Origin: Burkholderiaceae bacterium
Lineage (GTDB): Bacteria > Pseudomonadota > Gammaproteobacteria > Burkholderiales > Burkholderiaceae_C
Length of the DNA stretch: 64,000 nucleotides
Assembly (NCBI GenBank): GCA_031538565.1
Contig: JAVKLS010000021.1
Location: forward strand, 71,024 to 135,023
Direction: 5' to 3'
Position numbers and translations under genes: made by a program. A model generated the notes under the pieces. The model had not been told where the DNA came from. It worked only from the letters and a program-made list of their open reading frames with translations, and made no database searches. How positions within the stretch are numbered: the first letter of the stretch is position 1; the number at the start of each line of letters is the position of its first letter. This document shows positions 40,611-50,713 of the stretch, one piece after another.

Positions 40611-40668
40611 ACACTATATGTAGTGTATGAATGCGACATATCGCGTATTATTCACCCATATTTAGTGT
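40611..40668 (+). promoter_or_regulatory. Tandem NrdR-box-like operators upstream of nrdA
   Basis: ACACTATATGTAGTGT (40611..40626) matches the acaCwAtATaTwGtgt palindrome at 15 of 16 positions. A weaker second box, CACCCATATTTAGTGT (40653..40668), starts 42 bp further on. Confidence 0.6.
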
Positions 40669-40688
40669 CCACCTCTTTTCCTCTTATC

Positions 40689-43673
40689 ATGACAAGTCGC
40701 ACCATTCAAGCCTATGCATCTAACTCTTTCGATCACGACAGTGCCAGCGGTTCTGGGGTGGAGTTAGAAGACGCTTCTGGGCGCTCTGTGGTGTGGGCGG
40801 TTTATCAAATTTTGCGGCGTAATGGTTCAGTTGTTCCGTTTGAGCCGAGCAAAATTGCCGTCGCGATGATGAAGGCATTTTTGGCGGTGCATGGCTCGCA
40901 GGGCGCTGCGTCAGCAAGCGTGCGCGAGACGGTGGATGCTCTCACAGAAGGTGTCATCAAAGCGCTGATGCGTTCACGCCCAGGTGGGGGCGCATTCCAT
41001 ATTGAAGACATTCAAGATCAAGTCGAGTTGGGTTTAATGCGCGGCGGGCATCATGAAGTCGCACGTAGCTATGTGCTCTACCGTGAGCGCCGTGCGCAAG
41101 AGCGTGCCGCGCAAAAGGAGGCTGCTCCTGCGGCGCAAACGCCCCAATTTTTTGTAACTGATGGCGGTATGCGTGTGGCGCTTGACTTGGATGGTTTGCG
41201 TGCGCTGATTGCCGCCTCGTGCGCTGACTTAAATTCGGATGTCAAGCCAGAGCCGATTTTGGACTCGACGCTGCGCAACTTGTACGACGGTGTGCCCATT
41301 GATGAGGTGTACAAGGCGGCCATCATGGCGGCACGTACGTTAATTGAAAAAGAGCCTGATTACACCTACGCCACTTCGCGTTTGTTGCTGCATACCATGC
41401 GTAAAGAAATTTTGGGTCAAGAAGTTTTGCAGTCCAGTATGGATGAGCGCTACCCCGAGTATTTTCCAGAATTCATTAAGCGTGGCGTGGACAGCGATTT
41501 GCTGGATGAGCGCATGCTGCATTTTGATTTGCAAAAACTTGGCAGGGCGCTTAGGCCTGAGCGCGATATGCGGTTTGATTATCTTGGCTTGCAAACGCTG
41601 TATGACCGCTACTTTTTGCACGTGCGAAAAACACGTATTGAAATGCCGCAGGCATTTTTCATGCGCGTGGCAATGGGCTTGTCACTCAACGAGCTTAATC
41701 GCGAAGACCGCGCGATCGAGTTTTATGAAGTGCTTTCCACATTCAACTTTATGTCGAGCACGCCAACGCTTTTTAACAGCGGCACGCAGCGCTCGCAGCT
41801 TTCTAGCTGTTATTTGAGTACGGTTCCAGATGATTTGGATGGTATTTACGAACTCATTAAGGAAAACGCATTGCTGTCTAAGTTTGCCGGAGGGCTTGGC
41901 AACGACTGGACGCGTGTGCGTGCTTTGGGTTCGCACATCAAGGGGACGAATGGCGAAAGCCAAGGTGTCGTGCCATTTTTAAAAGTGGTGAACGATACGG
42001 CGGTTGCAGTCAATCAAGGTGGCAAACGCAAAGGCGCAGTGTGCACCTATCTTGAATCTTGGCATTTGGATGTTGAGGAGTTTTTGGAGCTGCGTAAAAA
42101 TACGGGTGACGATCGACGCCGCACGCACGACATGAATACGGCCAACTGGATTCCTGATTTGTTTATGAAGCGCGTGATGGAAAAAGGAACGTGGACATTG
42201 TTCTCGCCTTCGGATGCACCTGATTTGCACGATAAATACGGCGTGGATTTTGAGAAATCCTATGTGCAATACGAGGCCTTGGCGGCTGAGGGCAAGATTA
42301 GTCCTACGCGCACGGTACAAGCAACCGATATGTGGCGCAAGATGCTGACGATGTTGTTTGAAACGGGGCATCCTTGGATTACGTTTAAGGATCCAAGCAA
42401 TATCCGCTCCCCGCAGCAACATGTGGGTGTTGTGCACTCCAGCAATTTATGCACTGAAATTACGCTCAACACCAGCGACACAGAAACGGCTGTTTGCAAT
42501 TTGGGTTCAGTCAATTTAGTGCAACACATCAAAACCAATTCTGATGGCTCCAAGGTTTTGGACCATGAAAAACTCAAACGAACCATTGATACGGCCATGC
42601 GTATGCTGGATAACGTAATTGATATCAATTACTACGCGGTTAAAAAGGCGCGTGACTCCAATATGCGGCATCGCCCTGTCGGCTTGGGCTTGATGGGTTT
42701 TCAAGATAGTCTTTATGAGATGCGTATGTCGTACGCCTCAAGCGACGCCGTGCAGTTTGCAGATGAATCGATGGAGGTAATTTGTTATTACGCTTACAGC
42801 GCATCGAGTGACTTGGCCAAAGAGCGCGGACGCTATGCCAGTTACAAGGGCTCGCTTTGGGATAAGGGTATCTTGCCAATTGATAGCTTAGATATGTTGG
42901 CCAAAGAGCGTGGTGCCAATTATTTAGAAGTCGATCGCTCCAGCAAGATGGATTGGGCGTCGCTACGCGCCAAGATTTCAACGCAAGGAATGCGCAACTC
43001 CAATTGCGTGGCGATTGCGCCAACGGCAACTATTTCCAACATCATTGGGGTAGATGCATCGATTGAACCGAGTTTTGGCAATCTATCCGTCAAGTCCAAC
43101 TTGTCAGGCGAGTTCACCATCATTAACAGTTATTTAGTGCGTGACCTCAAACGCTTAGGACTTTGGGATGACGTGATGGTGATGGATCTCAAACATTTTG
43201 ATGGTTCTCTGCGCCCGATTGATCGTGTGCCTGCTGACTTGAAAGCACTCTATGAAACCGCATTTGAAGTCGAGCCCAGGTGGTTGATTGAAGCAGGCTC
43301 GCGTCGCCAAAAATGGATCGATCAAGCGCAGTCACTCAATATTTATATGGCAGGAGCGTCTGGAAAAAAATTAGACGACACCTACAAGCTGGCCTGGGTT
43401 CGTGGACTTAAAACAACGTACTACTTGCGCACGGTTGGCGCAACACACGCAGAAAAATCAACAGGACGCGCAGGCCAAATGAATGCTGTGAGCTCTGTTG
43501 CGACAGCCACATCGGATGAAGGGAAAGGCATAGCAGGAAAGGCGTTTGGCGGATCGGCGCCATCTGCATTGATGGCTGCAGCATTGGCTTCACAAGTTGA
43601 TTTGTCAGCATCGCCTGCGACCGACATCAAGTTTTGTGCGATTGATGATCCTGGTTGCGAAGCCTGTCAATAA
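40689..43673 (+). CDS. nrdA: Class Ia ribonucleoside-diphosphate reductase alpha subunit
   Basis: Start moved to the ATG at 40689. It has an ATP-cone (VLRRNGSVVPFEPSKI), the catalytic motif NLCTEI and a C-terminal redox pair CEAC. Confidence 0.95.
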   Translation: MTSRTIQAYASNSFDHDSASGSGVELEDASGRSVVWAVYQILRRNGSVVPFEPSKIAVAMMKAFLAVHGSQGAASASVRETVDALTEGVIKALMRSRPGGGAFHIEDIQDQVELGLMRGGHHEVARSYVLYRERRAQERAAQKEAAPAAQTPQFFVTDGGMRVALDLDGLRALIAASCADLNSDVKPEPILDSTLRNLYDGVPIDEVYKAAIMAARTLIEKEPDYTYATSRLLLHTMRKEILGQEVLQSSMDERYPEYFPEFIKRGVDSDLLDERMLHFDLQKLGRALRPERDMRFDYLGLQTLYDRYFLHVRKTRIEMPQAFFMRVAMGLSLNELNREDRAIEFYEVLSTFNFMSSTPTLFNSGTQRSQLSSCYLSTVPDDLDGIYELIKENALLSKFAGGLGNDWTRVRALGSHIKGTNGESQGVVPFLKVVNDTAVAVNQGGKRKGAVCTYLESWHLDVEEFLELRKNTGDDRRRTHDMNTANWIPDLFMKRVMEKGTWTLFSPSDAPDLHDKYGVDFEKSYVQYEALAAEGKISPTRTVQATDMWRKMLTMLFETGHPWITFKDPSNIRSPQQHVGVVHSSNLCTEITLNTSDTETAVCNLGSVNLVQHIKTNSDGSKVLDHEKLKRTIDTAMRMLDNVIDINYYAVKKARDSNMRHRPVGLGLMGFQDSLYEMRMSYASSDAVQFADESMEVICYYAYSASSDLAKERGRYASYKGSLWDKGILPIDSLDMLAKERGANYLEVDRSSKMDWASLRAKISTQGMRNSNCVAIAPTATISNIIGVDASIEPSFGNLSVKSNLSGEFTIINSYLVRDLKRLGLWDDVMVMDLKHFDGSLRPIDRVPADLKALYETAFEVEPRWLIEAGSRRQKWIDQAQSLNIYMAGASGKKLDDTYKLAWVRGLKTTYYLRTVGATHAEKSTGRAGQMNAVSSVATATSDEGKGIAGKAFGGSAPSALMAAALASQVDLSASPATDIKFCAIDDPGCEACQ

Positions 43674-43775
43674 AACACAACAAATGAGAAAGAAATGTAA
43701 ACGCAGATTGAATAAATGCGAAATTATTTTGTGTTTGTTCGCATTGCATTTATCATCCGCTGAACGGAAAAAAAT

Positions 43776-44960
43776 ATGCTAACTTGGGACGAAGAAATAA
43801 CATCCACATCAACGGCTTTGCCAGCATCAACCTCAAGCGCTTCGACGCTTGGTCTGCAAACCGCCCCCGTTTTTCCCGATGAAATTTTTCAAACGTCTGC
43901 GACGATTGCCCTTTCTGCTGCGACCGTCTTTCCTGCTGCCAAGCATCGTGTCAAGGCGTCGGATAAGCGCATCATCAACGGACAAACCGATGTCAATCAA
44001 CTAGTTCCATTCAAATACAAATGGGCTTGGGAGAAGTATTTAGCGACTTGCGCAAATCATTGGATGCCTCAAGAGATTAATATGACGCGCGACATTGCGC
44101 TGTGGAAAGATCCGAACGGTTTGACAGATGATGAGCGTCGCTTGATCAAGCGCAACTTAGGATTCTTTGTGACGGCTGATTCATTAGCGGCTAACAATAT
44201 CGTATTGGGTACTTATCGCCATATCACAGCCCCTGAGTGCCGCCAGTTTTTGCTACGCCAAGCGTTTGAAGAGGCGATTCACACGCATGCTTATCAATAC
44301 ATTACCGAGTCACTTGGATTGGACGAGGCGGAAATTTTTAATGCGTACAACGAAATTCAATCCATTCGCGATAAAGACCAATTCTTAATTCCTTTTATTG
44401 ATGCCATTTCCGACCCCAACTTCAAAACAGGAACTACGAAAAACGATCAGACGCTGCTTAAATCCCTGATTGTGTTTGCGTGCTTAATGGAGGGTTTGTT
44501 CTTCTATGTAGGTTTTACACAGATATTAGCGTTGGGTCGGCAAAATAAAATGACAGGCTCAGCCGAGCAATACCAATACATTTTGCGTGACGAGTCCATG
44601 CACTGTAATTTCGGCATCGACTTAATCAATCAGTTGAAGCTTGAAAATCCACATCTGTGGACATCTGAATTCAAAGCGGAAATCAACGCGCTGTTCATGA
44701 AGGCGGTGGAATTGGAGTACCGTTATGCAGAAGATACGATGCCACGCGGTGTATTGGGCTTGAATGCTTCGATGTTTAAAGGGTACTTGCGCTACATCGC
44801 CAATCGTCGTGCTGTGCAAATTGGTTTAGATGCGCTATTCCCCGATGAGGAAAATCCATTTCCATGGATGAGCGAAATGATCGACCTCAAAAAAGAGCGT
44901 AATTTTTTTGAAACGCGCGTGATTGAATACCAATCAGGCGGTGCTTTATCTTGGGATTGA
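43776..44960 (+). CDS. nrdB: Ribonucleoside-diphosphate reductase beta subunit
   Basis: Di-iron ligand motifs EEAIHTHAY and RDESMH. It has an N-terminal Ser/Thr/Ala-rich extension. Confidence 0.95.
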   Translation: MLTWDEEITSTSTALPASTSSASTLGLQTAPVFPDEIFQTSATIALSAATVFPAAKHRVKASDKRIINGQTDVNQLVPFKYKWAWEKYLATCANHWMPQEINMTRDIALWKDPNGLTDDERRLIKRNLGFFVTADSLAANNIVLGTYRHITAPECRQFLLRQAFEEAIHTHAYQYITESLGLDEAEIFNAYNEIQSIRDKDQFLIPFIDAISDPNFKTGTTKNDQTLLKSLIVFACLMEGLFFYVGFTQILALGRQNKMTGSAEQYQYILRDESMHCNFGIDLINQLKLENPHLWTSEFKAEINALFMKAVELEYRYAEDTMPRGVLGLNASMFKGYLRYIANRRAVQIGLDALFPDEENPFPWMSEMIDLKKERNFFETRVIEYQSGGALSWD

Positions 44961-45153
44961 AATTCCACACATCATGTTTTTAAGAATTGCAAAATCTTCA
45001 ATAACCATCATTCCAGTTGTGCGAATGGTTATTGGGGGTTGCACCCCTGTTCAAGCCGCTGAAAGCGAGTCTTTCAACGGCTTGAATCGTTTGCGCCAAA
45101 TCTCCCATGTGGACGCGAGCGAATCTTCAATTGAAAAAACCTAGGAGAGAAAA

Positions 45154-45576
45154 ATGGCAACTGCAAAAAAACCCGCAGCAAAGAAAGCTGCACCCGCAAA
45201 AAAACCTGCTGCTAAAAAACCAGTAGCGAAAAAGCCTGCTGCTAAAAAAGTTGCGGCCAAAAAGCCAGTAGCAAAAAAGCCAGTAGCGAAAAAACCTGCT
45301 GCTAAAAAAGTTGCGGCCAAAAAGCCAGTAGCGAAAAAGCCTGTTGCTAAAAAAGTTGCGGCTAAAAAGCCTGTAGCGAAAAAGCCTGCCGCTAAAAAAG
45401 TCGCCGCCAAAAAACCAGCGGCAAAGAAGGCGGTAGCTAAAAAAGCACCAGCGAAGAAAGCAGCGGCTAAGCCTGCAGCAAAAAAGTCACTCGCTAAGCC
45501 AATGGCCAAACCTGCTGTGAAAACAACGATCAGCTCACAAGCTGCGTGGCCTTTTCCAACAGCGTCGAAGCCTTAA
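45154..45576 (+). CDS. Histone H1-like / AlgP-like lysine-alanine-proline repeat protein
   Basis: ~24 pentapeptide KKP(A/V)A-type repeats (15-nt period, with a 60-nt higher-order duplication 45231-45290 / 45291-45350), followed by a unique C-terminal tail ending [12 protein letters not shown]. Confidence 0.8.
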   Translation: MATAKKPAAKKAAPAKKPAAKKPVAKKPAAKKVAAKKPVAKKPVAKKPAAKKVAAKKPVAKKPVAKKVAAKKPVAKKPAAKKVAAKKPAAKKAVAKKAPAKKAAAKPAAKKSLAKPMAKPAVKTTISSQAAWPFPTASKP

Positions 45577-45595
45577 GCTTTAGCGGTTCCCTTTA

Positions 45596-45638
45596 AAAAC
45601 CCCACAAGCATGACCTTGTCATGCTTGTGGGGTTTTTC
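45596..45638. terminator. Bidirectional rho-independent terminator between the H1-like gene and the convergent kinase gene
   Basis: 14-bp perfect stem CCCCACAAGCATGA/TCATGCTTGTGGGG with a 5-nt loop, flanked by AAAAA and TTTTT. Confidence 0.8.
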
Positions 45639-45644
45639 TATGGG

Positions 45645-46547
45645 CTAGTTGAATGTGAGCGTGTTCGGGAGCGTGTAATTTTGCCCTCCCATTTTTGTGA
45701 TTTTGATGGCCGCAACTTGATTGCCAAGGGCAGCGCAGCGCGCCATAGTCCACCCCTTTTCTAAGCCAAACAAAAGTGCTCCGCGCCAAGCATCGCCACA
45801 GCCCGTTGGGTCAACAACATGACTGGCAATGACGGGATCAACGAGCGACATGACATTGTTTTCCCACACTTGTGCGCCGCGCTCCCCAGTGGTGATGGCA
45901 TAACCTTTTACGTGTGATGCGATGTCTGTGTGCGAGTATCCTGTGCGCTCCGATAGCATTTGCGCTTCGTAATCATTGACTGTGATCCACGTGGCTAGCT
46001 CGATGAAGTGCCTGAGTTCAGTGCCATTAAACATGGGAAGACCTTGTCCAGGATCAAAAACAAAAGGAATGCCTGCTGCGTGAAATTGCGAGGCGTGCTC
46101 TAGCATGGCCTGCCTGCCATCGGGGGAGACGATACCCAGCTTGATATCACTTCTTGCCGTGATGGTGTTTTGATGTGCCTCTGCCATTGCTCCTGGGTGG
46201 AAGGCGGTAATTTGGTTGTTGTCGTTGTCGGTCATGATCATTGCCAAAGCGGTCACGGACTGAGGTACGGCGCTGACAAACTCGGTGTTAATGCCTAGTG
46301 AGTGAAGGCGCGTTAGATAGTCCGCGCCGTCATGGCCTATTGTTGCCATTGGAAGCGGCGTGCCGCCTAGCAACTTCAAGCTATACGCGATATTGCCTGC
46401 ACAACCACCAAACTCGCGCTGGAGATGCGGTACATAAAACGACACGCTGAGTTTATGCAATTGGTCTGGCAAGATGGCGTCGGAAAATCGACCCTCAAAG
46501 CGCATGATGTTGTCGAAAGCCAAAGAGCCGCAAATAATAGAAGCCAT
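45645..46547 (-). CDS. PfkB-family carbohydrate/nucleoside kinase
   Basis: PfkB signature DPTGCGDAWRGALLFGL near the C-terminus and the N-terminal GG motif. Confidence 0.85.
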   Translation of the reverse strand: MASIICGSLAFDNIMRFEGRFSDAILPDQLHKLSVSFYVPHLQREFGGCAGNIAYSLKLLGGTPLPMATIGHDGADYLTRLHSLGINTEFVSAVPQSVTALAMIMTDNDNNQITAFHPGAMAEAHQNTITARSDIKLGIVSPDGRQAMLEHASQFHAAGIPFVFDPGQGLPMFNGTELRHFIELATWITVNDYEAQMLSERTGYSHTDIASHVKGYAITTGERGAQVWENNVMSLVDPVIASHVVDPTGCGDAWRGALLFGLEKGWTMARCAALGNQVAAIKITKMGGQNYTLPNTLTFN

Positions 46548-46576
46548 AAGATAGAAAAACCTAGTGAAGTAAAAAT

Positions 46577-47320
46577 TTAAGGATAAAAAACAGTCAAGCG
46601 ATAACCTGTAATTGATTTTGTATCCATGCGGTTGTTAGCGCCTAGTTTGGAAGTAATGAGCCAATGAAATGTCTTCTCTTCACCTGTGGCCAAGGAGGTT
46701 GGGCTATTGCCTTCAGGCTTGACAATTGAGCGAATGAGTAGCGCATCGTTTGAGTCCGTCAATTGCAACTCGAACTGCGGAACGATGAGCGCAGACGCTG
46801 TGATATTTTTGATTTGTGTGGTCAAACGAAAACTATCCGATCCTTCTTTCAAGAAGCTAGAGTTTTCGATAAGCCAGCCGTCGATTTGGCGTCTGGCCTG
46901 CGACTGGCAGAGCCACTGGGTGCAAAAAATTTTCGTCCAAGGCGCAAGACTTGGGAACCAAGCGTTGACGCGCTCTCGCTCCGTGCGCACGACTTGCGAC
47001 GCAAGCATGGCGAACAGTATCAAACTAAAAATGAGTAAGAGAATTCGCGTGAATGGATGCGTCCAAAAAAGTTTTTTGTGCGCTTCGTGTATAAAACTTA
47101 AATCAGCGCTGTCAATGGCTTCACCCAAAACCGCATCATGTTCAATGAACTCGTGGCTCGTTTGTGGGTGAGATAGATCATCCTGTGCAGCTAATTGTGC
47201 CTTGGCATTAAATACCTCCATGCAGTGACCGCAGCGAACTTGCCCATCGGATGCTTCCAGTTGCTCGGCAGCCATGGTAAATACGGTCGCGCAGCTAGGA
47301 CAGGTGGCTACTAGATTCAT
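46577..47320 (-). CDS. MJ0042-type zinc-ribbon / DUF3426-like membrane protein
   Basis: Start set at the ATG forming an ATGA overlap with the prmA stop. N-terminal CPSC...CGHC zinc ribbon, one TM helix and a C-terminal beta-rich domain. Confidence 0.7.
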   Translation of the reverse strand: MNLVATCPSCATVFTMAAEQLEASDGQVRCGHCMEVFNAKAQLAAQDDLSHPQTSHEFIEHDAVLGEAIDSADLSFIHEAHKKLFWTHPFTRILLLIFSLILFAMLASQVVRTERERVNAWFPSLAPWTKIFCTQWLCQSQARRQIDGWLIENSSFLKEGSDSFRLTTQIKNITASALIVPQFELQLTDSNDALLIRSIVKPEGNSPTSLATGEEKTFHWLITSKLGANNRMDTKSITGYRLTVFYP

Positions 47321-48204
47321 GTCGTCATTAAAACCCAACCATCCATGATGTCGGCAACTTTGAGCGTTACATAGGGGGCGTATGCGTCTTTTAATTCTTG
47401 TGCTTGGCGCTCCAAAATTCCTGCCAGCACTAAATGCCCGTTATGGGCAATATGTCCGCATAGCAGCGGCGCTAAAACTTTGAGTGGTGAGGCAAGGATG
47501 TTGGCAAGCACCGTGTCATATTTGCCCGTAGCAAGAGTGGGTAACCCCAGCTGGATGTCCGCGTTATTGGCGCGAGCATTGTCCTGCGCTGCGGTCACGG
47601 CAGCAGGGTCAATATCGACACCGCAAACCGAGGGCGCCCCAAACTTGTGTGCGGCGATCGCCAAAATACCAGAGCCACAGCCATAGTCTAAAGTTGCGCC
47701 CAGCGGCAGTCCTTCGTTTGCAGTGCGGTTTGCAATCCAGCGTAGGCACATCAAAGTGGTAGGGTGCGTGCCCGTGCCAAAGGCCAACCCTGGGTCAAGT
47801 CTGATAATTTGCTGTGCGCCTAGAGGTGGTTCGCACCATGTGGGTACGATGAAAAAACTATCCGTAACACGCACGGGTGCAAATTGCGACTGCGTGAGGC
47901 GCACCCAATCTTGCTCGGGCACGGCACAAACGCCCAGAGCATGGCTGCTTGAAAAAAAATCTTGCAAAGTTAAGGTGGACAAAGCTTGGTTTGCAGACAG
48001 CCCATCTAAAAACAAGGCGTTTAACCGAGAGTGCGCCCAAGCTGTGTGCGGCATGGGCATATTAGGCTCGCCAAACAGCGCTCGCTCTGCCGCTGTTCCT
48101 GCGTCTGCATCTTCAACCGAAACGCTAACTGCGCCGAGCTCCATGACCGCATCGCTCACGATATCGACAGCGGTTTCTGGACACAGCAAACAAAGTTCAA
48201 ACAT
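47317..48204 (-). CDS. prmA: Ribosomal protein L11 methyltransferase PrmA
   Basis: SAM-binding motif DYGCGSGILAIAA and conserved accBC-prmA synteny. Confidence 0.9.
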   Translation of the reverse strand: MFELCLLCPETAVDIVSDAVMELGAVSVSVEDADAGTAAERALFGEPNMPMPHTAWAHSRLNALFLDGLSANQALSTLTLQDFFSSSHALGVCAVPEQDWVRLTQSQFAPVRVTDSFFIVPTWCEPPLGAQQIIRLDPGLAFGTGTHPTTLMCLRWIANRTANEGLPLGATLDYGCGSGILAIAAHKFGAPSVCGVDIDPAAVTAAQDNARANNADIQLGLPTLATGKYDTVLANILASPLKVLAPLLCGHIAHNGHLVLAGILERQAQELKDAYAPYVTLKVADIMDGWVLMTT

Positions 48205-48217
48205 GATGATGTTCGTT

Positions 48218-49585
48218 TTAGGTGCGAGTTGATTTTGTATGCCGCGCTAGCCACTCCTCGAGGTAGTGGATATTAGTTCCGCCTTGAATGAAGCGTGGAT
48301 CACTCATCAGTTCCGCATGGAGTGGGATATTGGTTTTAATGCCCTCGACCACGGTTTCAGCCAGAGCGGTACGCATTCGTGCGATTGCAATTTCGCGCGT
48401 GCGCCCGTGCACAATGATTTTGCCAATCATGGAGTCATAAAAAGGAGGCACGATGTAGTTGGTGTAAACGTGCGAATCAACCCGTACACCAGGCCCGCCT
48501 GGCGCGTGCCACATGGTAATTTTCCCAGGCGATGGTGTGAAGTTGTAGGGATCTTCGGCGTTAATTCGCACCTCAATGGCATGGCCTTGATTTTGAATTT
48601 GCTTTTGTGTAAATGGCAACGGCTCATTGGCCGCCACCATGATTTGTGTACGAACAATATCGACGCCGCTCACCCACTCCGTTACGGGATGCTCAACCTG
48701 CACGCGGGTATTCATTTCGATAAAGAAAAACTCACCGTTTTCGTACAAAAACTCAAACGTGCCTGCACCTCGGTAGTTGATTTTTCGACAAGCGGCCGCA
48801 CAGCGCTCACCAATTTTTTCAATCAGCTTGCGTGGAATATCGGGTGCGGGTGCTTCTTCAATGATTTTTTGATGGCGTCGCTGCATGGAGCAATCACGCT
48901 CACCCAGCCAGACCGCGTGTTTATGCTGATCGGCAATGATTTGAATTTCAATGTGGCGCGGATTTTGCAGAAACTTCTCTAGGTAAACCTCGGGATTGCC
49001 AAATGCAGCGCCCGCTTCCGCTTTAGTCATTTGCACCGCGTTGATTAAAGCCGTTTCGCTTTGCACGACGCGCATTCCTCGCCCGCCGCCGCCGCCCGAG
49101 GCCTTGATGATGACGGGATAGCCTACTGATTTAGCAATTTTTTTAATTGCTGCTGGGTCCTCTGGTAGCGCGCCTTGCGAGCCAGGCACGGTGGGTACAC
49201 CCGCTTTGATCATGGCTTGCTTGGCCGAGACTTTGTCGCCCATCAGCCGAATCGACTCCGCTGTGGGACCGATGAAGACGAAACCGCTTTGCTCGACGCG
49301 TTCCGCAAAATCGGCATTCTCGCTAAAAAAACCATAACCTGGGTGGATGGCTTCGGACTCGGTAACCTCAGCCGCCGCAATGATGGCGGGCATGGAGAGG
49401 TAACTTTTGCTAGACGGTGCAGGGCCAATGCATACCGCTTCGTCTGCGAGGCGCACATATTTAGCATCACGATCGGCTTCGGAGTACACCACCACTGAGC
49501 GGATCCCCATTTCGCGACAAGCGCGCTGGATGCGAAGCGCAATTTCACCGCGATTGGCGATCAAAATTTTCTTAAACATAGCCAT
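48218..49585 (-). CDS. accC: Acetyl-CoA carboxylase biotin carboxylase subunit
   Basis: ATP-grasp motifs ([26 protein letters not shown]). Confidence 0.95.
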   Translation of the reverse strand: MAMFKKILIANRGEIALRIQRACREMGIRSVVVYSEADRDAKYVRLADEAVCIGPAPSSKSYLSMPAIIAAAEVTESEAIHPGYGFFSENADFAERVEQSGFVFIGPTAESIRLMGDKVSAKQAMIKAGVPTVPGSQGALPEDPAAIKKIAKSVGYPVIIKASGGGGGRGMRVVQSETALINAVQMTKAEAGAAFGNPEVYLEKFLQNPRHIEIQIIADQHKHAVWLGERDCSMQRRHQKIIEEAPAPDIPRKLIEKIGERCAAACRKINYRGAGTFEFLYENGEFFFIEMNTRVQVEHPVTEWVSGVDIVRTQIMVAANEPLPFTQKQIQNQGHAIEVRINAEDPYNFTPSPGKITMWHAPGGPGVRVDSHVYTNYIVPPFYDSMIGKIIVHGRTREIAIARMRTALAETVVEGIKTNIPLHAELMSDPRFIQGGTNIHYLEEWLARHTKSTRT

Positions 49586-49599
49586 GAAGATGCGGCGCT

Positions 49600-50088
49600 T
49601 TAGGCGATTTCAAATAGGGGCTGGCCAAACTCTACGCCCTGGGCTGTTTCTGCCAACACCCGCACGATCGTGCCCGACTGATCAGCTTCTATTTCGTTCA
49701 TGATCTTCATGGCTTCAATAATGCAAACGGTTTGCCCTTTCTTAACCGTATCGCCTACGCTGACAAACGGCTTTGCGTCGGGGCCAGACGCGGAGTAGAA
49801 CGTCCCCACCATAGGCGACTTCAAAATATGATTGACGCTGGCCGCAGGAGCAGCAGATTGTGCAGGGGATGCGGGTGCGGGTTCTGTTGACGTGGGTGCT
49901 GGCGCTGGCGCTGGCGCGACAGCAGGCGCCGCACTGGCGTAATGGACTTGGGCATTGTTTGCAGGATTTGCGCCCGCGGGCTGACTTTTGACAATGCGAA
50001 CGGTGCCTTCGGCTTCAGTAATCTCTAATTCCGCGACATTGGACTCGGATACCAAGTCGATTAATGTTTTGATTTTGCGTAAATCCAT
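49600..50088 (-). CDS. accB: Acetyl-CoA carboxylase biotin carboxyl carrier protein
   Basis: Biotinyl-lysine motif EAMKIMNEI and an Ala/Pro-rich linker. Confidence 0.95.
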   Translation of the reverse strand: MDLRKIKTLIDLVSESNVAELEITEAEGTVRIVKSQPAGANPANNAQVHYASAAPAVAPAPAPAPTSTEPAPASPAQSAAPAASVNHILKSPMVGTFYSASGPDAKPFVSVGDTVKKGQTVCIIEAMKIMNEIEADQSGTIVRVLAETAQGVEFGQPLFEIA

Positions 50089-50136
50089 ATACAGCTCTCC
50101 AATGCTTCGATGACAAAACGAAGAGTCATTCTAACT

Positions 50137-50700
50137 TTAAGTTACGCCCACTAGTTTGACGATGGTTTTTAGATCATTTGCTGTTAATTTCCCATCTTTT
50201 GTAAATAAAATTTCGGAATTTCTTGAAATGAGAACCGAATAGGGCAAGCCACCGCTGGCATTGCCGAGCGACTTGCTAACAACCATTCCCTCTAATCCTG
50301 CCAAGGCAATGGGGAATTGAATGGGCGTGATATTTAAAAATTTAACGACAGATGGTACTTTATCGACGGCGATTCCAAGCAGTTGGATGCGGTTATCGGT
50401 GCTAGTGAATTTTTGCTGGTAAAACTGATTGAGCCGCGGCATTTCCTCTACGCACGGAGGACACCACGTTGCCCAAAAGTTAATCAAAAGTGGTTTGCCC
50501 CGATAGTGCGCAAGCGTCAGTGGTGCGTCGGTGGGTGTTTGCAGTGTCATTGCCCAGAGCGCGTCTATTGCCGAGGCTTGCGAGGGGGCGGGAGGTTTTT
50601 TTCTGCCAAAGCGCAGCGCCAATGCCGCGCCAGCAGCCAATGCCGAAAGTCCTGCCGCGCTTGCGTACAGCAGTTGCCGTTTGGTTAAAGTTTGCGTCAT
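50137..50700 (-). CDS. TlpA-family periplasmic thiol:disulfide oxidoreductase
   Basis: Start moved to the ATG at 50700 (the track start is TTG). Signal anchor followed by the thioredoxin motif WATWCPPC. Confidence 0.8.
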   Translation of the reverse strand: MTQTLTKRQLLYASAAGLSALAAGAALALRFGRKKPPAPSQASAIDALWAMTLQTPTDAPLTLAHYRGKPLLINFWATWCPPCVEEMPRLNQFYQQKFTSTDNRIQLLGIAVDKVPSVVKFLNITPIQFPIALAGLEGMVVSKSLGNASGGLPYSVLISRNSEILFTKDGKLTANDLKTIVKLVGVT

Positions 50701-50713
50701 CGCCGTGTGTGCA

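Noticed and set aside
43597-43782. A 61-aa ORF in the nrdA-nrdB spacer.
   Set aside because: It overlaps the nrdA 3' end and the nrdB start. It has no Shine-Dalgarno sequence and its composition is not conserved-looking.
45160-45480. The tandem-repeat region considered as a CRISPR-like or satellite array.
   Set aside because: The period is 15 nt, there are no unique spacers, and the region is fully coding in one frame (pentapeptide repeats).
45141-45509. A 122-aa minus-strand ORF (FFA(A/T)GFLA repeats) opposite the KKPAA gene.
   Set aside because: It is the mirror image of the AAG/GCN-rich repeat. The plus-strand ORF has a good AGGAGA Shine-Dalgarno sequence, a unique C-terminal tail and a terminator, and the minus ORF has none of these.
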